From Geopsychrobacteraceae bacterium (GTDB taxonomy: Bacteria > Desulfobacterota > Desulfuromonadia > Desulfuromonadales > Geopsychrobacteraceae), in contig OY759353.1 of NCBI GenBank assembly GCA_963662315.1, forward strand, positions 1,760,001 to 1,824,000: a stretch of DNA of 64,000 bases, given 5' to 3'. The translations under genes and the position numbers were made by a program. The notes below the pieces were generated by a model. It was not told the origin of the DNA. It saw only the letters and a list, made by a program, of their open reading frames with translations, and ran no database searches. Shown here in pieces: positions 57,404-64,000 of this stretch (position 1 is the first letter of the stretch; each line of letters begins with the position of its first letter).

Positions 57404-59614
57404 ATGTCTATTCGTATCAAATTAATCCTACCAATAGCCCTTCTGGTCGTCATTTTCGGCGCAATCGTCGTCATCGCAACAAACTACACAGTGACAGGTC
57501 TGGTCAATGACCATGAACAGACGCTTATCCGTTACGCACACGAAGCAGTCGCCACTGAAGCCACTTCACGAAAAGATTCAATCTATGACAGTATTGATCA
57601 ACTCGGCAAGGTTGCCCTGGAACAGGCAGCGCTGTTTTCACAGTTGCCCGCCGTCCAGGAAGCCTACGCCGTTGCCTTAAGCGGCGATATCAACAACGAA
57701 GCAGATCCCCAGGCGCAAAAAGGGCGTGACATGTTACGGACAGCTCTGAAACCGTTTGTGGCCGGATATAAAAAACAAACTGGGCAGGACGCGTTCACCA
57801 TTCACTTCCATTTACCGAATTCACGCAGCTTAAGCCGTATCTGGCGGGACGGTTGGCAGACCAAGCGGGACGGCAAGAAGCTCGATATTTCTGACGATCT
57901 GACCTCTTTCCGCAAAACCGTTGTCACTATCAATCAGGGCAACCATGCGCCATTGAAGGGGATAGAAATTGGTCGGGGCGGGTTTGCTTTACGGGGTTTA
58001 TCAGCAATCAGTGGACCGGATCAAAAACATATTGGCTCATGCGAAGTGCTGGTCTCCTTCGCCCAGGTGCTGAAATCGAACCATGTTAATAATAATTACC
58101 AGATAGCCGTCTACATGACAGCCGACATGCTACCAATTGCCACCAGCCTGCAGGATCCGGCGAAAAACCCGGTCATCGGTGGCAAATATGTCTTCACCTC
58201 ATCAACCAAAAAGGAAGTAACCGATCAATTCATCACCATCGACCTGCTCGACAAGGGGCGCGAGAAAGAATATCAGCAACGTGTTGGCGATAAGTTTATT
58301 TCGACGTTTCCTGTGGTTGACTTTTCCGGCGATCTGGTCGGAGTTATGGCTCTGGTGTACGACATGTCGAAGGTCGGAACTCTTAGCGAAAGAATTCACC
58401 AAGCTGGACTCATGACAACCAGTCAGATCAATTGGCGCTTTGGCGGTGGTTCGCTGGCACTGATCGTCATTATCATCATCACAATTTCCCTGGTGACCAG
58501 GGCGATCATGAGACCTCTGCAAGCAGCCGTTTCTGCGGCTAAGCAGGTTGCGAATGGTGATCTCAGTGCCACACTTGGGTACAATAATAAAGATGAAGTT
58601 GGCTCCCTGTCCAGCGCTATAAACAGCTTGATTAGTAGCTTGCGCCAAAAAGCGGACGAAGCCGAAATGATTGCCACCGGCCATCTGGCCTTCTCGGCAT
58701 CCCGCTTATCTGAAGCTGATGCCATGGGACAAGCGTTTGTTTCCATGGTCGATAACCTGAATGACGTTCTTGGCGAGGTTCAGAAGGCTTCGGACCAGAT
58801 TGACGCAGGCAGCCAACAGGTGTCGGACATGGCCCAGGCCTTATCACAAAGCGCTACGGAATCGGCAGCATCTCTTCAAGAAATCAGCAGTTCTATAAAC
58901 GAAGTGGAAAGCCAGGTTAAGGGAAGCGCATCCAATGCCGAGCACGCCAACACTTTGGCCCAACAAGCCCAGGATGCGGCCCAGGTCGGCAGTCAACGCA
59001 TGACCGCCATGATCAAGGCCATGAATGAAATCAATGAAGCCGGTCAGGACATCAATAAGATTATCAAGGTTATTGATGAGATCGCATTCCAGACTAACCT
59101 GCTGGCCTTGAATGCCGCTGTTGAGGCTGCGCGCGCCGGTCAGCATGGTAAGGGGTTCGCTGTTGTTGCTGAAGAAGTGCGCAATCTTGCAGCCCGGAGT
59201 GCCAAAGCCGCCGATGAGACAGCCCAACTGATTGAGGGATCTGTTGGCAAAGCAGCGCATGGAACGGAGATAGCCAGTAGCACGGCAGAGTCTCTTAATG
59301 AAATCGTAGAATACATTACCAAGGTAACATCCTTGGCCGGAGAAATTGCGCTAGCCAGTCAGCAACAGGCTCATGGTATCAGCCAGATTAACCAGGGGTT
59401 GACCCATATCGATCAAGCGGTTCAGCAAAATACCGCGACCGCAGAAGAATCAGCGGCAGCCTCAGAAGAGCTGGCCAGCCAAGCGGCCTACCTCAAACGC
59501 ATGCTGACTCGGTTTGAGTTAAAACAAGACGTCCATGCCGATCAGTTTACACCCGCAAAACAAGTAGGCTATAAAACAGATACCACGCTCTCTACTTGGG
59601 GAGAGAAAAACTGA
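57404..59614 (+). CDS. Methyl-accepting chemotaxis protein (Cache-type sensor, HAMP)
   Basis: Two TM segments; [20 protein letters not shown] sensor; [28 protein letters not shown]. Confidence 0.95.
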   Translation: MSIRIKLILPIALLVVIFGAIVVIATNYTVTGLVNDHEQTLIRYAHEAVATEATSRKDSIYDSIDQLGKVALEQAALFSQLPAVQEAYAVALSGDINNEADPQAQKGRDMLRTALKPFVAGYKKQTGQDAFTIHFHLPNSRSLSRIWRDGWQTKRDGKKLDISDDLTSFRKTVVTINQGNHAPLKGIEIGRGGFALRGLSAISGPDQKHIGSCEVLVSFAQVLKSNHVNNNYQIAVYMTADMLPIATSLQDPAKNPVIGGKYVFTSSTKKEVTDQFITIDLLDKGREKEYQQRVGDKFISTFPVVDFSGDLVGVMALVYDMSKVGTLSERIHQAGLMTTSQINWRFGGGSLALIVIIIITISLVTRAIMRPLQAAVSAAKQVANGDLSATLGYNNKDEVGSLSSAINSLISSLRQKADEAEMIATGHLAFSASRLSEADAMGQAFVSMVDNLNDVLGEVQKASDQIDAGSQQVSDMAQALSQSATESAASLQEISSSINEVESQVKGSASNAEHANTLAQQAQDAAQVGSQRMTAMIKAMNEINEAGQDINKIIKVIDEIAFQTNLLALNAAVEAARAGQHGKGFAVVAEEVRNLAARSAKAADETAQLIEGSVGKAAHGTEIASSTAESLNEIVEYITKVTSLAGEIALASQQQAHGISQINQGLTHIDQAVQQNTATAEESAAASEELASQAAYLKRMLTRFELKQDVHADQFTPAKQVGYKTDTTLSTWGEKN

Positions 59615-59702
59615 ACTTCTGCCACGACAAACACCACCGCCCCAGCCGTATAAAAAAGAGCGGTGGTGTTATAGCTCTGGCAACCAGCAAAAGCTAAGGC
59701 GG

Positions 59703-60503
59703 TCACGACTTAATAAAAATTTTGCGGTTAAGGATACCACAGGCATTAAAATTTTTAAGCAGCGTCAAGTACATAGCCAGGACTACACTTAGGGCCGTGC
59801 CACAGAAAATGGCAATCATGATTGCAATCTGATACTTGATAGCCGACATCGGGTTACCACCGCCCAGGATAACCCCGGTCATCATACCCGGTAGTGCCAC
59901 CAACCCGACCGTTGCCATGGTGGCTACGGTCGGCGCCAAAGCAGCCTGGCAGGCATCACGCATATAAGGCCGCACTGCCTCTTTAAGACTGGCGCCCTGC
60001 CCCAGCGTCAACAGGTAAGCCCGTTCATGCTTACGCAATGCTTCATAAAAAGAACGTAAACCGACAATCACGGCACGCAGACAGTTGCCGAGAATCATGC
60101 CACAGATCGGGATAACATATTGCGCCTCATGGGCCGAAGTCCCTGACAGCACCACATACATAAAAAAGGCCAGGGGAATAAGGGTACCTCCGAGCATGGC
60201 AATAAAGACCTCGATGCCGAGACTTTTGAACCGCAGCCCGCAGCCTCGGGCAATGGATACGTCCGCGACAATAATCATGATCATGATCCAGGCGGCAGTG
60301 ACCCAGATATTGTTAAGATCAAAAACAAATTGCAGGTAAAAACCAACAAACAGCAGCTGTACAGTCATACGCGCTACGGAAATTAACGTTTCGCTAAACA
60401 TGGGAATGCGTAACAAAAGAATAACCGCCAGGGGGATAATCAACAGCAGATAAACTGCCGCCAGTTGCCAGGTTCCAATATCAACCGAACTCACTGTACT
60501 CAT
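59703..60503 (-). CDS. fetB: ABC transporter permease, UPF0014 (YbbM/FetB) family
   Basis: RMTVQL..VG, IP..GMILGN, LPGMMTG.IL.G and AIKYQI. Confidence 0.88.
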   Translation of the reverse strand: MSTVSSVDIGTWQLAAVYLLLIIPLAVILLLRIPMFSETLISVARMTVQLLFVGFYLQFVFDLNNIWVTAAWIMIMIIVADVSIARGCGLRFKSLGIEVFIAMLGGTLIPLAFFMYVVLSGTSAHEAQYVIPICGMILGNCLRAVIVGLRSFYEALRKHERAYLLTLGQGASLKEAVRPYMRDACQAALAPTVATMATVGLVALPGMMTGVILGGGNPMSAIKYQIAIMIAIFCGTALSVVLAMYLTLLKNFNACGILNRKIFIKS

Positions 60504-61144
60504 CCTTTCTGCAAATCAGTCAGGTCGACTGTGCGGTCTGAAATCGCCAGCCACTCCTGATCATGGGATACCGAGAGCACCGTCAACTGAGGCTGATCAT
60601 TCAGTACATCGATGACGGCCTGTTTCGAATCGGGATCAAGAGCCGATGAGGCTTCATCAAGCACCATGATCTCCCGATCCAGCAGCAGTGCCATCATCAT
60701 TGCAACACGCTGCTTTTCCCCTCCGGACAACTCGGAGATATCCTCCCGCAGCAGCTTGTCCGGCAGCAAAAGGCGCTCCATCAATTCCGGAATCCGGGTC
60801 AGATTCTTTTGTAACTTGTGATTATTGGTAAAGGAGAAAGGCGTTTCCAGAACCTGTTGCACACATCCGCCTGACAGTTCAGGTTCCTGCGGCACATATG
60901 CCATACGGGTGCGTAATTTCCAGATTGACTTTGGGGATAATTGCTCTGAAAAAATTTTGATGGTTCCGGTGCTCGGCGTCACAAAACCAAGAAGACAGCG
61001 TAATAAAGTCGATTTACCACTCCCGGAACGCCCAACCAGCGAGACCTTTTGCTGCGCTGAGATAGAAAGATTGAGCCCTGAAAATATTGTCTGTCCTTCC
61101 ATGACGACAGCCAGATCGCTAAATTCAATTGCAGTTTGTGGCAC
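60500..61144 (-). CDS. fetA: ABC transporter ATP-binding protein (YbbL/FetA-like)
   Basis: GRSGSGKST, LSGGEKQR and LDEASSALD; overlaps the permease start. Confidence 0.88.
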   Translation of the reverse strand: MPQTAIEFSDLAVVMEGQTIFSGLNLSISAQQKVSLVGRSGSGKSTLLRCLLGFVTPSTGTIKIFSEQLSPKSIWKLRTRMAYVPQEPELSGGCVQQVLETPFSFTNNHKLQKNLTRIPELMERLLLPDKLLREDISELSGGEKQRVAMMMALLLDREIMVLDEASSALDPDSKQAVIDVLNDQPQLTVLSVSHDQEWLAISDRTVDLTDLQKG

Positions 61145-61429
61145 ATGAACTCCCTTTTGACGAAGTTAAGACAAAATTTATGACAATTACATTATTTGAG
61201 GATAACACACGGACTATCTTCCTGGGTAAATGATGACCTCATATCGCCACAAGTTTTCAAAATTACCCTTTACTGTTGCTAACTTTCTTGCCCTAGAAAA
61301 GGGCTCTGAAGGATCAGTCGTAGCGGGGGAATTACTGTTTGAACACAACAACGCGGGAGGGTTGATGGTCACGAGAAAGCATCAAGCCTGAGAATGAGCA
61401 GAATTTTTAAAAGATGGTTATGTAAGACG

Positions 61430-61819
61430 CTAGATTTCTTCATCAGGACATGCAAACAGTTGCAGAATTTCACGTACGTAGGCACATTCACACGCAACCG
61501 GACACGGTGACAAATCATTCCTGTGCAGACATAAACCAGGGCACTCCTCACTCCCAGTTTTGCACCCTTCCAAAATAGGGCCACCATACAGATCTGACAA
61601 GTCGGAAACATTGAGCAGTATTTTGGCTCCACACTGATGCTCAAATTCAAAATGACCGTTTTCAGGATTGTTAAAATTGGCCAGATAACCCGTCAGAGTT
61701 ACATTCGCATCGGTCAGAAAATCGTTTCTGCATAACCACCTTGCTGTGCAGTTGCTACAAACCTTAAAGCTGTCTGAAACACCGGGAGAGTGGCTGGAAT
61801 GCTCTATGTGATTCGACAC
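61430..61819 (-). CDS. Small Cys-rich hypothetical protein (probable metal binding)
   Basis: GTG start behind GAGGAGG; 11 Cys in 129 aa (CSNC, HQC, CPGLC, CPVACEC). Confidence 0.7.
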   Translation of the reverse strand: MSNHIEHSSHSPGVSDSFKVCSNCTARWLCRNDFLTDANVTLTGYLANFNNPENGHFEFEHQCGAKILLNVSDLSDLYGGPILEGCKTGSEECPGLCLHRNDLSPCPVACECAYVREILQLFACPDEEI

Positions 61820-61964
61820 AATGAGTCCTCCTCTTCTGAAGAAAAGCAGCAGAGCAAACATATGTTTTTTTCATAATCATAAAGATGCGATCTCTTTTGC
61901 AGACAAAAAAATATTGTACCCCTAGACCGGCTTCACGTCACTAGTGGAAGCGTAAAACACAGAT

Positions 61965-61994
61965 AAAAAAAGCCGGTCAGATGAGTGACCGGCT
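61965..61994 (-). terminator. Intrinsic terminator downstream of gap
   Basis: AGCCGGTCA pairs with TGACCGGCT; U-tract on the minus strand. Confidence 0.6.
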
Positions 61995-62103
61995 CACGAG
62001 GGGCAGAAGGTAGTTGCGCCTCTTTGAAACGTATTTTGGTTTTCATTGTTGCCAGATCAAGGTACAGATTCGGCAACAATAACTTTTCCTGGCCTGATTG
62101 CTA

Positions 62104-63356
<1,253 letters not shown>

Positions 63357-63386
63357 ACCGAACCTCAAAATGAATAAAACGGCAAA

Positions 63387-64000
63387 TTACCTTTCACCAA
63401 TCTCACAAGCTTTCATCAAATCCCCCAGTTGGTGAACTTTAAGCAGATTCGTCGTTCCAGATCCGGCAATCGGACTCCCCATGGTGATAACAACAATATC
63501 CCCTGGAGCTAAAGCTTCAGCCGCCAGAACCGTTCCGGCGACACATTCGATCTGGGTTTCCGTATTGCCCTGGATATCAACTTCAAGGGACTGAACCCCC
63601 GAATAGAGTGCCAATTGCCGAGCGACCACCGTGGAGGGAGTTACGGCAATAATCGGTACCCCCGGGCGATATTTGGCAACCAGGGCTGCTGTACTGCCAG
63701 TTTTGGTAAAAGCAACGATCGCCTTAGCACCAACCAGATCAGAAATGCGTGAGGCGGTTTGCCCAATTGCTTCGGAAATATCAATATGTTCAGAGTCTTT
63801 CTGTTGCAGGTTACGCTGTTTTTTCGCCAGAGCAACAGACGCAGCGACATCACCGGCAACCCGCCTCATCAATGAAACCGCTTCAACCGGATATTTTCCT
63901 GCTGCGGTCTCAGCCGATAGCATGACCGCATCGGTGCCATCAAGAATGGCATTGGCAACGTCAGAGGTTTCCGCACGGGTTGGACGCGGATTATTGATCA
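63387..64000 (-). CDS. pyk: Pyruvate kinase, C-terminal part (5' end outside the window)
   Basis: [43 protein letters not shown] and GTTN. Confidence 0.96.
   Translation of the reverse strand, partial: INNPRPTRAETSDVANAILDGTDAVMLSAETAAGKYPVEAVSLMRRVAGDVAASVALAKKQRNLQQKDSEHIDISEAIGQTASRISDLVGAKAIVAFTKTGSTAALVAKYRPGVPIIAVTPSTVVARQLALYSGVQSLEVDIQGNTETQIECVAGTVLAAEALAPGDIVVITMGSPIAGSGTTNLLKVHQLGDLMKACEIGER

Overview
Bacterial chromosomal window with no rRNA, tRNA, CRISPR array or intact mobile element that I could see. It probably comes from an anaerobic Desulfuromonadales/Geobacter-like organism; this is inferred from protein styles only. About 57 kb forms an organic-acid and amino-acid scavenging region with seven tripartite secondary transporters (3 TRAP, 4 TTT), five apparently intact local regulators and several decayed gene fragments. 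Housekeeping genes (pyk, gap, fetAB-like) and an MCP sit at the right end. The best candidate for a notable system is at the left. A trans-4-hydroxy-L-proline dehydratase (HypD) glycyl radical enzyme and its activase are co-oriented with a TRAP transporter and a probable large glutamate dehydrogenase, and are divergent from a stand-alone P5C dehydrogenase. Two matching FadR-type operators lie between them. This suggests oxidative use of hydroxyproline (Hyp to P5C to Glu to 2-oxoglutarate) rather than the ProC/Stickland route. A second candidate is an uncharacterised cluster of DUF6282 amidohydrolase, RraA/HMG aldolase, hydroxyacid dehydrogenase, lactonase and HD protein with three TTT transporters. 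A third is a LacI sugar-acid regulon whose three operators can be read directly. All family assignments come from motif recognition by eye, not database searches. Several start codons were moved to RBS-supported positions.
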